DNA from: Eledone cirrhosa
Taxonomy: Eukaryota
Assembly: GCA_964016885.1 (NCBI GenBank)
Contig: OZ024749.1
Coordinates: 19,964,001 to 20,028,000, forward strand
Direction of reading: 5' to 3'
Length of the DNA: 64,000 nucleotides
This document shows, one piece after another, positions 11,897 through 24,200 of the stretch. The notes under the pieces were generated by a model. It worked only from the letters and a program-made list of their open reading frames with translations. It was not told where the DNA came from and did not search any database. Position numbers and translations under genes: made by a program. How positions within the stretch are numbered: the first letter of the stretch is position 1; the number at the start of each line of letters is the position of its first letter.

Positions 11897-13254
11897 ATAT
11901 GGGAACTCCTATACGCAGATGATCTAACGCTCATAGCTGAATCAATGGCCGAGCTAGAGAAGAAATTCCAAACAGAAGCACGGCCTAGAATCAAAAGGCC
12001 TTAAAATTAACCTGGCTAAGACTAAAGTTCTAGTTTGTAAGAAAGAAAATAAGGCGGCGGTCCCCTCCGGGAAGTGGCCATGCGCAGAGTGTAGGAAAGG
12101 CGTAGGTAGAAATTCCATTTTGTGTCCCAAATGCAAAGTTTGGGTGCATAAAAGATGTAGTGAGATCACAGGTAAGCTAACTAAGAACATAGATTTTACA
12201 TGTGGCCGGTGTTCTGGGGCAATAAGTAGCAGCAAGTGCCCACAAAATACTAGCTCTTTCAATTGCGCAGAGGGTTCTATAGAAATAGTGGACAGCTTCC
12301 ATTACCTGGGTGACAAAATCAGCAGTGGGGGAGGGTGCTCTGAAAGTACAGTAGCTAGAGTCAGAACTGGGTGGAAAAAGTTCAGAGAGCTTATACCACT
12401 ATTAGCCGCTAAAGGGTTCTCCCTAAAAATGAAAGGCAGGCTGTACGATGCCTGCATACGAACAGCAATGTTGCATGGCAGTGAGACCTGGGCATTGTGT
12501 GCAGAGGATATACGCAGACTAGAGAGAAACGAAGCTTGCATGCTCCGCTGGATGTGTAATAGTAATATACGTGAACGACAAAGCATAAACGAACTAAGGA
12601 AAAAATTAGAAATAAGAGGGATCAGATGTTGTTTACTAGAGAGAAGGCTACGTTGGTATGGTCACGTGATGCGCATGAAGGACGATAGCTGTATAACAAA
12701 GTGCAGGGCAATAAAGATAGACGGTAGCCACGGAATAGGCAGACCCAGAAAAACCTGGGACGAGCTGATAAACTCCGACCTCACACACTTACACCTCACC
12801 AAGACAATGTCACTGGACCGAGACCTTTGGCGGTACTCAGTAATAGAGAAGACCCGCCTTACCTAAATACAAAGTAAAACCTACTACAGTCAGTAGGCAT
12901 CTCTAACAAAATACACCCCCGTCCCACCCACCCCACCCGATCCACACTACCCTCTTCTATGTAAAGTTATGTTGGTGCCACACCATCCAGGCCGAAACAA
13001 ATGAGATCGTGTAGGTGTCACGACAAAAAAACACACAGTCCACGCTGTAATGTGGCCGTGTAGGCAACACGGTAAAAACCTCCCAGACCGACACTGTAAA
13101 TGTGGTTGGTGTTAGGAAGGGCATCCAACTGTAGAAAACCTGCCAGACAGTCCTATGCGAGCAAGACAATCACTCTTGCCTCAAGTGGGAAAACCCCCGT
13201 CCAAACCCATGCAAGCATGGAACACGGACGTTAAACGTTGATGATGATGATGAT
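11897..13254 (+). mobile_element. RTE family A, 5'-truncated at WELLYADD, frameshifted
   Basis: YADD, C4HC3 finger, RRLRWYGH, 3' UTR and (GAT)n tail. Confidence 0.95.
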
Positions 13255-13271
13255 ATATATATAATTGGATA

Positions 13272-13370
13272 TTTAGTAAAATCGAATCTCTGGCAGTTTG
13301 CAAGCAAATTTGGCCTACTTATATGAAATGATGAGTTAGCAAAGCACTCGATAAGGTAGGTCCTTAGAAT
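13272..13370 (+). repeat. Dispersed unclassified repeat (also ~16919-17040 and ~52818-52925)
   Basis: AGTAAAATCGAATCTCT.GC..TTGCAAG..AATT.GGCCTACTTATATGAAATGATGAGTTAGCAAAGCACT.GATAAG.TAGGTCCTTAGA in three places. Confidence 0.75.
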
Positions 13371-13401
13371 ATATATATATATACTGTCAGTCTACACTCC
13401 C

Positions 13402-13456
<55 letters not shown>

Positions 13457-13519
13457 TGTGTGTTCACATATATATTTCTACTAAAAACTAGTTATAGGCC
13501 CAGAACAGCTGGGAAATTT

Positions 13520-13992
13520 AAGCCCAAGCTAGATGTGAAAACGTGGCTCCCACAGATCTGGAATTAGGCCCAACCAGATGTGTAATGTTGGCTCCCACAG
13601 ATCTGGTATTAGGCCCAAGCCAGATGTGAAATGTTGGCTCCCACAGATCTGGTAATAGACCCAGCCAGATGTGTAATGTTAGCTCCCACAGATCTGGTAT
13701 TAGGCCCAAGCCAGATGTGAAATGTTGGCTCGCACAGATCTGGTAATAGACTCAGCCAGATGTGTAATATTAGCTCCCACAGATCTGGTATTAGGCCCAA
13801 GCCAGATGTGAAATGTTGGCTTGCACAGATCTGGTTTATCGACCCAGCCAGATGTGTAATGTTAGCTCCCACAGATCTGGTAATAGGCCCAGGCCAGATG
13901 TGAAATGCTGCCACACACATCTGGCATTAGAACCAGGCCAGATGTGAAATGTTGGCCACACAAATCTGGTAATAGACCCAGAACAGATGTGA
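13520..13992. repeat. ~43-bp minisatellite (alternating subunits, ~86-bp higher order)
   Basis: CCAGATGTG(A/T)AATGTT(G/A)GCTCCCACAGATCTGGTA.TAG.CCCA repeated ~11 times. Confidence 0.9.
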
Positions 13993-14582
13993 CTTAACTT
14001 TTATTTAATTCTTCCTTAATTTTCTTGTAACTGGATCACACCCTCTTTATCTTGTGTGTGTCTATTATTGTGGAGTGTGTGTGTCAATCTTTGTGGGTGT
14101 GTCTATTATTGTGGAGTGTGTGTGTCTATTATTGTGGAGTGTGTGTGTGTGTCTATTATTGTGGAGTGTGTGTGTGTGTGTGTCTATTATTGTGGAGTGA
14201 GTGTGTGTGGTGCTTTATATATGTGTATATAATTTTGGTGAGTAAATGTGTGTATTTGTGTCTGTATGTGTGTATGTTTAATAAGAGGAAGTGTGAATAT
14301 ATATATGTGTGTGTATGTATGTATGTTTGGTGAGGCAATGTGTGAATTGTGTTTGTGTGTGTTTGTGTATGTTTGGTGAGTGAATGTATGTGTATGTATG
14401 TTTGATGAGTGAATGCGTGAATGTGTGTGTGTATGTATGTTTGGTGAATGAATGTGTGTGTGTATGTTTGGTGAGTGAATGTGTGCGTTTGTGTGTGTGT
14501 GTGTATGTTTGATGGAAAAAAAGGTGAGAAACAGACAGCTTAGGAAAAAAAGATGAGGGAGAGAAAAATAGACTTTAGATAG

Positions 14583-14645
<63 letters not shown>

Positions 14646-14693
14646 TATATACATATATATATATATTTATATATATATAAATATATATGGATG

Positions 14694-14731
<38 letters not shown>

Positions 14732-14997
14732 CATCCAGCGAGAGAGAAAATATGCATTCAAACCTGAACTCAAAATAGTGCACATGTATACACACACAAA
14801 TATAAATGCATACAGCTAGATACATGTGTGTGTGTATGTATGTGAGGACATACACACACACACACACACACGTGTATGTATATGTATATATATATATATA
14901 TGAGCACTCACACACAAGTTCATGTGTGTGTATTTATGTATATATAAATATATATATATATGTGTGTGTGTGTATATATATATATATAAATATACAC

Positions 14998-15045
<48 letters not shown>

Positions 15046-15067
15046 TCACACACATATATATATATGA

Positions 15068-15103
<36 letters not shown>

Positions 15104-15204
15104 GAACACACACACACACACACACAAGTAACTGTATGTGAACTGTCATTGTTGAAAGATAAAAAGCTAATATAGTTTAATTTCCCTAATTGTTGGCTGA
15201 TTGT

Positions 15205-16010
15205 CAGATTGTTGCTGTTGTTATTGTTGTTGTTGATAGAGGGGGTGGTGGTGGGGAATTTGGTGATTGTGGTGGGGGGGGGGGGTAAGTTGGTGACTGT
15301 GGTGGTGGTGGTGGTAATAGTAATGTTGGTGTTAATAGTGGTGGTGATGGGGAAGTTGTTGATGACAGTGGTGGTAGTGGTGGTGGGGAAGTTGGTGACA
15401 GGTGCTGGTGGTGGTAGTAGTGTTGGTGTTAATAGTGTAGTGATGGGGAAGTTGTTGACTGGTGGTGGTGGTGGTGGTGGTGGGGAAGTTGGTGACAGGT
15501 GCTGGTGGTGGTAGTAGTAGTAGTAGTGTTGGTATTAATAGTGGTGGTGATGATGGGGAAGTTGGTTATGATAGTGGTGGTAGTGGTGGTGGGGAAGTTG
15601 GTGACTGGTGGTTGTGGTGGTAGTAGTGTTGGTGTAGTGTTGGTGTTAATAGTGGTGGTGATGGGGAAGTTGTTGACTGGTGGTGGTGGTGTTGGTGGGC
15701 AAGTTGGTGACAAGTGGTGGTGGTGGTGGTAGTAGTAGTAGTGGTGGTGATGGGGAAGTTGGTAATGATAGTGGTGTCTGTAGTGTTAGTGGTGGTAGTG
15801 TCTGGTAGTGGTAGAGGTGGTAGTGGTGGTGGTAGAGGTGGTAGTGGTAGAGGTAGCAGTAGTGGTGGTGGTGGTGTCAGTGTTGATGGTAGTGGTGGTG
15901 GTAGAGGTGGTAGAGGTGGTAGAGGTAGCAGTAGTGGTGGTGGTGGTAGAGGTGGTGGTGGTGGAGGTGGTAGAGGTAGCAGTGTCAGTGTTGGTGGTGG
16001 TGGTGGTGTC
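15205..16010. repeat. GGT-rich low-complexity/minisatellite region
   Basis: (GGT)n with recurring GATGGGGAAGTTGGTGA. Confidence 0.85.
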
Positions 16011-16082
16011 CATTCCTTGTGTACTTCTAATATTTGCTTTCAGAATTTGCTTCCACTCTATAATGTGTCAATGTAATTCTGT

Positions 16083-16123
<41 letters not shown>

Positions 16124-16369
16124 GAGTTCTGTATGTGTGTGTGTATAGTGCTGTATGTGAGTGTGTGTGTATATATATAGTTCTGTATGTGTGTGTATAT
16201 GTATAGTTCTATATATATATATATATAGTTCAATATGTGTGTGTATATGTCGTTCTGTATGTGTGTGTGTATATGTACATGTACAAGTTTCTGCTGCTTC
16301 TAAACCATGAATTATACATGTCGCTGTATATATTTCTTTAATGTTGTGTATTTTTCTCTCTATATATAT

Positions 16370-16431
<62 letters not shown>

Positions 16432-16432
16432 C

Positions 16433-16805
16433 ACACAATATACTAATAAATGGAAACTATATTTATAAAACCATATTTATTTTATTATACATATTTCAAG
16501 GGTCACCAAGGCAAATTATGGTGCGCTTTCATCATATAAAATACAGATTTGTTTTATAAATAAATATTGACATACCCGGAAAAAAAAGACAACCCTAACG
16601 GTTGGAGCTTCCTGGATAGCTTCCTGGAAGCTCCAACCGTTAGGGTTGTCTTTTTTTTCCGGGTATGTCAATATTTATTTATAAAACAAATCTGTATTTT
16701 ATATGATGAAAGCGCACCATAATTTGCCTTGGTGACCCTTGAAATATGTATAATAAAATAAATATGGTTTTATAAATATAGTTTCCATTTATTAATATAT
16801 TGTGT
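16433..16805. repeat. Near-perfect inverted repeat (180-bp arms, 13-nt spacer) containing a hammerhead motif in each arm
   Basis: ...GTTGGAGCTTCC[TGGATAGCTTCCT]GGAAGCTCCAAC...; + arm 16695-16760 TATTTTAT-ATGATGA-[AAG.GCACCA..TGGTGA.CCTT]-GAAA-TATGTA-TA-ATAAAATA; mirror at 16478-16543. Confidence 0.9.
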
Positions 16806-17119
16806 ATTTACTCCACTAATCTGTTGATATCAGTTATAAAAATGTTTAAGCTTGTTGAATCCCAACAAATTAAATATAACCTCTGTATATATATGTATAT
16901 ATATATACAAGTGGAAGCTTAGTAAAATCGAAGCTTTGGCCAAGCAAATTCGACCTACAATAAGGAATGAGTAGCAAAGCATTCAATAAGGGTAGGTCCT
17001 TAGAGTAATAACATCATGTTTAGATAGCTTGACAAATTGAAAATTGCGGTAGGCAAAACCCAACCATACAATACCAAAACAACGAAAGAACTATATATAT
17101 ATATAGAGAGAGAGGGAGA

Positions 17120-17270
17120 GAGGCAAATTGGCAGAGTAGTTAGAATGTGGGATAGAATGCTTTATAGTGTACGTTCCAGCTCTCTGCTCTCTAATCCCAC
17201 CAAGGTCAACTTTGCCTTTCATCCTTTTGAAGTCAATAAAAAAGTACGAGTCTAGTACTGGGGTCGATCC
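17120..17270 (+). mobile_element. SINE family 2, diverged
   Basis: TTGGCAGAGTAGTTAGA..CAAGGTCAACTTTGCCTTTCATCCTTT..GTCAATAAAA. Confidence 0.7.
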
Positions 17271-17331
17271 TTGGTCTGTCTGGAAGAAATCTGCTGTACT
17301 CAGGCTTGGAGAGGGATGGGCTATACCAGGC

Positions 17332-17558
17332 TTAACCCTTTAGTGTTCAAACCGGCCAAAACCGGCCAGAATTCTCTACCTTTTTCTGTTGAAACTGGCT
17401 GTAACTGGTCGCTCAAACTGATGTTAAGGTATTGTTCTCTAAATAAATACTTTCAAAATCTCATAGATTCGATATTATGTGAGATAATTATCGAGGTAAA
17501 GCCTTTACCATGAAAATACAATAGTATATATAGAGTAATGTGAATGCTAAAGGGTTAA
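17332..17558. mobile_element. piggyBac-type MITE (TTAA TSD, CCCTTTAG TIRs)
   Basis: TTAA-CCCTTTAG....CTAAAGGG-TTAA; diverged reverse copy at 34561-34789. Confidence 0.8.
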
Positions 17559-17764
17559 AGTCAATATGGTGCCCCCTACAACTCTATCAGGAGTTATGAG
17601 ATCATACATACAAGATGGCTGAAACTAGATTTCGAGTAATGCCATCCCTTGATATTTAAGCATGTGCATCACGGATGTGGCTTTTTAGTCCTACTAGGGA
17701 CTTGCCCATGGCCAGCAATACCACGCATTGCAATAAATGTCACACATACATACACACACACATA

Positions 17765-18055
17765 TCATCATAATCATCATCATCACCATTTTACGTCCGT
17801 TCTTCCATGCTAGCATAAGTTAGACGGGTTGTCCTTTTGTGGGCAGTGTCCGGTCGGTTGACCTTGTCTTGCTCATACCAGAACTGATTCTGGCTTGGTT
17901 TCTACAGCTGGATGCCCTTCCTAACACCAACCTCATTTACAGCGTGTGGACTGAGTGCTTTTTTGTTGGGACACCTACACGACAACTTAACAGTAGGAGA
18001 GGGTGGGGGCATACTGTCTGTGCTTCAACTTTGGCTTGTACCCATGGGAAACTGG
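17765..18055 (-). mobile_element. RTE family C 3' UTR fragment
   Basis: (ATC)n, TTTTACGTCCGTTCTTCCATGCTAGC, CAGCTGGATGCCCTTCCTAACACC. Confidence 0.8.
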
Positions 18056-18465
18056 GTATAAGCAAATAGGACTGTAAAATACATAAATCTGAACATAGAT
18101 ATACTTAGAACAAATGCAGTGTAATTATTGAATATCCCTATACATAAATAATACACTCCGAAAACAAAGCCAACAAGAAACAAAACATCCAGTGGATAAA
18201 ACCATTGAATGCCAAACTTGTAACTAATACACTCATAAAAACACAGCCAATCGTGAACTAAATGTCTATACTAGAACTAAGACATCTTCAATAATCCCTA
18301 CCTCAGACATCATCCGTATTTTCTAATCACTAACTCGCTATAAATATGAGTATGGAGGAGACAAACTTTTTCAAGCTGCAGTCGTCATATTATGTAGTTT
18401 CTGTATAAGAATAAATATTAAACAATATTTATTATTATCTGCAGCGACTGTGACCCCATTGCATA

Positions 18466-18562
18466 ATAATTGTTTCTATTATCCCAGTGCATTACTGGTA
18501 TTTTATTTTATCGACCCCGTAAGCATGAAAGGCAAAGTTAACCTCGGCGGGATTTGAACTCA
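18466..18562 (-). mobile_element. SINE family 2 3' fragment
   Basis: TTTTATCGACCCCGTAAG.ATGAAAGGCAAAGTTAACCTCGGCGGGATTTGAACTC. Confidence 0.75.
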
Positions 18563-18709
18563 ATCTACACCAATCAGACCCATTCCCATGATTAACAGAT
18601 AAAATTATTTATATATAGCACTATTCTGTCTAACAAACTGACCTCTCTGCAATCTCCTTTATGAATATACTGAATCATTTTTGTATGTGTATATATATAT
18701 ATATATATA

Positions 18710-19679
18710 CTTCCGTTACCTGGGCGATAAAATCAGCAGTGGGGGAGGGTGCTCTGAAAGTACTGTAGCTAGAGTCAGAACTGGTTGGAAAAAGTTCAGA
18801 GAGCTTATACCACTATTAGCTGCTAAAGGGTTCTCACTAAAAATGAAAGGCAGGTTGTACGATGCCTGCATACGAACAGCAATGCTGCATGGCAGTGAGA
18901 CCTGGGCATTGTGTGCAGAGGATATACGCAGACTAGAGAGGAACGAAGCTTGCATGCTCCGCTGGATGTGTAACAGTAATATACGTGAACGGCAAAGCAT
19001 AAACGAACTAAGGAAAAAATTAGAGATAAGAGGGATCAGATGTTGTTTACTCGAGAGAAGGCTACGTTGGTATGGACACGTGATGCGCATGAAAGTCGAT
19101 AGCTGTATAACAAAGTGCAGGGCAATAAAGATAGACGGTAGTCACGGAATAGGCAGACCTAGAAAAACCTGGGACGAGCTGATAAACTCCGACATCACAC
19201 ACTTACACCTCTCCAAGACAATGTCACTGGACCGAGACCTTTGGCGGTACTCAGTAACAGAGAAGACCCGCCTTACCTAAATATATAGTAAAACCTACTC
19301 CAGCCAGTAGGCATCTCTAACAAAATACACCCCGTCCCACCACCACCACCCCCACCCGATCCACACCACCCCGTTCTATGTAAAGTTATGTTGGTGCCGC
19401 GCCATCGAGGCCGAAATAAATGAGATCGTGTAGGTGTCACGACAAAAAAACACACAGTCCATGCTGTAATGTGGCCGTGTAGGCAACACGGTAAAAACCT
19501 CCCAGACCCACACTGTAAATGTGGTTGGTGTTAGGAAGGGCATCCAACTGTAGAAAACCTGCCAGACAGTCCTATGCGAGCAAGACAATCACTCTTGCCT
19601 CAAGTGGGACTACCCCCGTCCAAACCCATGCAAGCGTGGAACACGGACGTTAAACGTTGATGATGATGATGATGATGAT
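18710..19679 (+). mobile_element. RTE family A, 5'-truncated
   Basis: FRYLGD..RRLRWYGH..EKTRLT, 3' UTR, (GAT)n tail. Confidence 0.95.
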
Positions 19680-19927
19680 ATAAATGTGTGTGTATATACA
19701 TTATGTGTATGTGTATACATTATATGTATGTGTATGCATTCTGTGCATGTATATACATTATGTGTGTGTGTGTGTATACATTTTGTGTATGTGTATACAT
19801 TATGTATATGTGTATATTAGTTATATATGTGCATATGTGTGTGTATACGGTTCAAGTTTTACCTGGTAAAACTTGAACCGTTAAGGTCTCATTCCTGGAT
19901 ATGTCAATATTTATAAAACAAACTTTG

Positions 19928-19988
19928 TATTTTATCTGATGAGAGCGTACAAAAGTTTTGGTACCCTTGAAATATATATAATAGAATA
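19928..19988 (+). ncRNA. Type I hammerhead motif, same family as the 16433 and 59600 elements
   Basis: TATTTTAT-CTGATGA-[GAGCGTAC..GTACCCTT]-GAAA-TATATA-TA-ATAGAATA; preceded by the palindrome ACGGTTCAAGTTTTACC T GGTAAAACTTGAACCGT (~19847-19881). Confidence 0.75.
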
Positions 19989-20180
19989 AATATGGTTTTA
20001 TAAATGTAGTTTCCATTTATTAATATCATTGATATTATACTCCAGAAAACTTGTTGAGTGCTTTGAATCAGTTATAAATATATATATTCGTTGAATTACC
20101 AACAAATTAAATATCTCTTTGCTTATATTATATATATTAATATATATATATAAGTGCATGTATGTGTGTATCTGTGTTGA

Positions 20181-20220
<40 letters not shown>

Positions 20221-21258
20221 CACACCATCCTGCCGATTATGGACATATGGTGGGTTTTGACAGGTTTTCTGGACCTGGAGGATGACATGCTGGTGTCCAT
20301 GGGAAAGGCATCGGGTGACGCGTTCAGTGGAACGAGCCTCGAACTTGTAGTTCAAATGAGGCCCGAAAGGATCGCCCAGATCCCTGAACGCGTCATACTG
20401 GATGATCTAACCTTCATCAACATTACCGTTGAGGGTAGACGGCCCTCGTGTTACCTCTGCGGAACCAGAGGTCACCTGAGGGCTGTATGTCCCCAACTTA
20501 ATAAGAAAACCCCAATCCTGCCTACACCACCAACAACTGCACAACCAACACAATCACCACTACAAAAACAACCACCACAGCTCAAACCAAAACAAAACAA
20601 TGTCCAACCCATCCCCTCCACTCAAAAAACAAAAACAATTTCCAAAACACCCGTACCGCAAACACAACCCGAAAATATACCCCTCCCCTCCAACGCGGAA
20701 GATGACCCTAGTTCGTCGTCAGACGAGGAGGAGCACTTCCACACAATCAAATGAAAAAAAAGAAAACACACCTCAGACACACAAATGAAAAAAACCCCTC
20801 CCCAAAACATAACACTGACACCAACACAAAAGAGCTCACAACAGCAAACAAAAAACACCACACAAAAACAAAAACATGCATACACATACATAAATACAAG
20901 AAACAAAAAACTGTTAAACATTGTGTACAACAACAATCTAATAAAAACACAAGGGCCTAACTTCACCCAGGCAGGGGATTTCCCCCACCTCAAAATGATT
21001 AAGGCCCCACAGGACACCTATAAAACTTTAAAAAACAATTTTAAAGAGGACGTGGGTCCCCCCTGCGTCGGGCCCATTAACCGCGTCCTCCTAAAAAACT
21101 ATCCCACCCCCTCCCCAAACACCCACACAACTCCAAGCTCCCCAACCACACAACACACTGATGCCCCCACACTTCCACAAACCACCACCCCACCCAACAA
21201 CCCATCCCCCACCCTAATGGAAATTGTGCAGCCCGATACCTGGGACGCAGAGAGGTAA
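20221..21258 (+). pseudogene. Tx1 ORF1 remnant (gag-like CCHC knuckle), frameshifted
   Basis: CYLCGTRGHLRAVC = CX2CX4HX4C; Pro/Gln/Thr-rich tail; reading frame broken near 20750. Confidence 0.75.
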
Positions 21259-21282
21259 GTGCCTTTTCTCTTCACCACCAAC

Positions 21283-24200
21283 ATGGCTATGCTAAGAGTA
21301 GGCTGTTTAAATGCGCGTGGCCTGGGCTCAACTTGGAAGCAAGCAATGCTTCTAAATGACCTCAGGTCACAACGTATAGATGTGATGGTTATTTGCGAGG
21401 CCCGGATCAGCAACGTGCGACAGCTGGCCCCCACCTTTGATGACTTTGAGATGCACGCATCTCTCTGTCAGCCCGGAGGTGGGGGTGGAGTTGTCGTTCT
21501 GCTGCAAAAACATCTGGGTCTCGCAACACAGATGGTACATTTGGACCCGGAGGGTCGACTAGTGGTTCTGGACCTTGGCAGTGGTAAAGGCGGAGCGTTT
21601 AGGTTGGTAGCCGCCTACGGCCCTTTCGGGTCAATGCGGCCGGACTTCTTCCATCGTCTGGAGACTTTTCTGGGGACGTCCCGCTCCTTGCTATTAGTGG
21701 GGGACTGGAATGGTATCCTAGATGCACGCTGGGACTACGTAGGGGCCTGCCCCGATAGAGAGGGGTGTAATAGCCTCAAAGGGTTAATCGGTCGATTTGA
21801 CCTGGCCGATAGATATCGACTAGATTTTCCGACTGCGCCAACCTGGACTTGGGCAAATCGTAGCGGATCATCTAGGTCGTACCTAGATAGGTTCTTAGTT
21901 AGAATTAAGGATAAGGACTTTTTAAGTTGTCCAAAAATGCGCATGGTTGGCTATTCAGACCACAAATTAGTGACCTGCATGGTCAACCTTGACAGAACTC
22001 ATAGACAGGGCCCCGGTTACTGGAAGCTCAACTTGTCCTTGCCGGCAAGTAGAGCCTACAGGAATCGGATTAGTACGTTAGTTAAGGAACGGTTGACTGG
22101 AGCGATCGTCAACAGCAGGTGGTGGGTATCTCTAAAGAGAGAGATTAGAGTAGTCTCGATAGAATTTAGTAAGGTTCTAGCTGCGGATAGGAATAGGAAG
22201 GAAAGGGAGCTAATAGATAGAGTAGAAGAGGCAATTAGAAGCGGCGACGTGGCCAGAGTGCTAGCGTCGAGAACGGCTTTGAGCCAGTTTTTCGACGCGA
22301 AGCACGAAGGCTGCGTTGTCCGAAGTAAAATACGTGCTCTAGGGAACGAGGGGACCAAAGCTGTTAGCTGGGCCCGCGTGACAGAGGCCAACAGTGGAAC
22401 TAAATCCACCATCCGGTCTTTGCGAGACCTGGATGGACGGGCGATTCTTGAGCCTAAGCAGATGTGTGAGGCCTTTCAAAGGCACTTTGCCCGACTGTTC
22501 GGGAGGGGCGGGGAGCCGGTTGGGAACGTGGACTTCGGTCCATACCTCGACGGCCTGCCGCGCCTCTCGGACAGGGAGGCGAAGTCCTGCGAGGAGCCGA
22601 TTTCGGCCGCTGAGATAGAGGACGTGCTGAGCCAATGCGGCAAACGCAAATCCCCGGGTCTCGATGGTCTTCCTTACGAATTATATCTAGCTATGCCGGA
22701 CTTGTTCCTCGATCTCCTCGAGGCGGTCTACTGCAACTGGCAACAGAATGGGAGAATTCCCTGTACTGTGACCAAGGGCGTAGTCACGCTAGTGAGGAAG
22801 GACGAGAACAAGGGGGACGAAATAAGTAACTTCAGGCCCATAACTCTGCTAAATACAGAGTTACAGATTTTGGCCAAGGTGCTAGCAAAGAGGTTGGCGC
22901 TTGTCGTGGGCAACCTGGTGGGAGATGCGCAGACATGCGCTATCCCGTCCAGGTCCATCCATGACAACCTCCACCTCATGCGATACATCATAGAGAGGGT
23001 TGGGAACGAACCCGGCTTTGGTGGGGCTCTGATCAACTTGGATCAATCTAAGGCGTTCGATAGGGTCGACCATGGTTACCTGGATGCGGTGCTAGCGGCG
23101 GCAGGCTTCGGACCCGTTTTCAGGGGCTGGATCACTGCTATGCACAGCAGCCGCATCTGCTCTAGGGTCAAGGTGAACGGCTACCTCTCGGAGCCGTTCA
23201 AAATCGCGCGGTCCATCCGACAGGGGTGCCCTCTCTCCTCCCTTCTGTATGTGTTGACTCTCGAGCCACTACTGCGGAAGTTGGAGTTGTTGCAGGGCAT
23301 CCCTTTGGAACCGGGATTGCGGAAAGCGGTGTCGGCCTACGCCGATGACGTGACAGTAATGGTGTCGACGGCCTCCGAAATCGAGGCGGTCGGCACCTTA
23401 CTGGAGGAGTACGAAAAGTTCACAGGGGCTAAGCTGAACCGGGACAAGTCGATCGGTTTGCAACTCGGCACGTGGAGGGGCATACCGATGCCCTCCGATG
23501 GCGTCGTCGGACGCTGGACGGAGGGCCCGGTGAAGTTGCTCGGGGTCTGGTTCGGACCGGACCTCCAGGTGGAGAAAAACTGGGCGGAGGTTACGAACAG
23601 GGTGTTTGCACTGACCCAGAAGTGGGCCAGTTGCAAACTATCCCTGAAAGGTCGGGCGGAGGTGGCGAACACCTACATAGCGTCCGTCATCTACTACCGC
23701 CTGACCGTAGTGCCCTGCCCAAGGGAAACCCTCACCAAGATGGAGCGCGCGCTCTTCCAATTCCTTTGGAAGAGGCGGGCTCCTATGGTGAGGCGATCCA
23801 TCTGCTGTCAACACCCTTCGAAAGGAGGGCTGGGGATGCCGTGGCTAATGATGCGTAAACACGCATTAAGGCTACGGCACCTCTACGTATTCCTCACCGG
23901 ACAACCGGTGTGGGCCTCGTTTGTGAGGCGAACCTTTCCCAGACTCGTCTCACTCACCGAGCTGCAATCCTGGGTCAAGCAAAGACCGAGAAAACTGGGC
24001 GCCTGGCACACTGAGTGTGCCCAGGCGCTCACCGCCCTCTGGCAGGCGGATCCGGTTATCAGTGGAGACTCCACCGCAACATTCTATAGAGGGCTGGTAC
24101 GCAGCAGGTGCGACGACGCCCTCGGAGAAGCCCTAGACATGGAGGAGGACGAACTGGCCAGCCTGTTCGGTAGGACATTCAGCCCGGGACCTATGGACAA

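Noticed and set aside
11856-13408. GTCAGT.TACACTCCCATATA direct repeat as the TSD of the RTE at 11897
   Set aside because: The downstream copy is separated from the RTE tail by ~130 bp of another repeat, so a TSD cannot be supported.
13520-13992. CRISPR-like appearance of partly palindromic ~43-bp repeats (also 33110-33720)
   Set aside because: Units are contiguous with no unique spacers, no cas genes, eukaryotic context.
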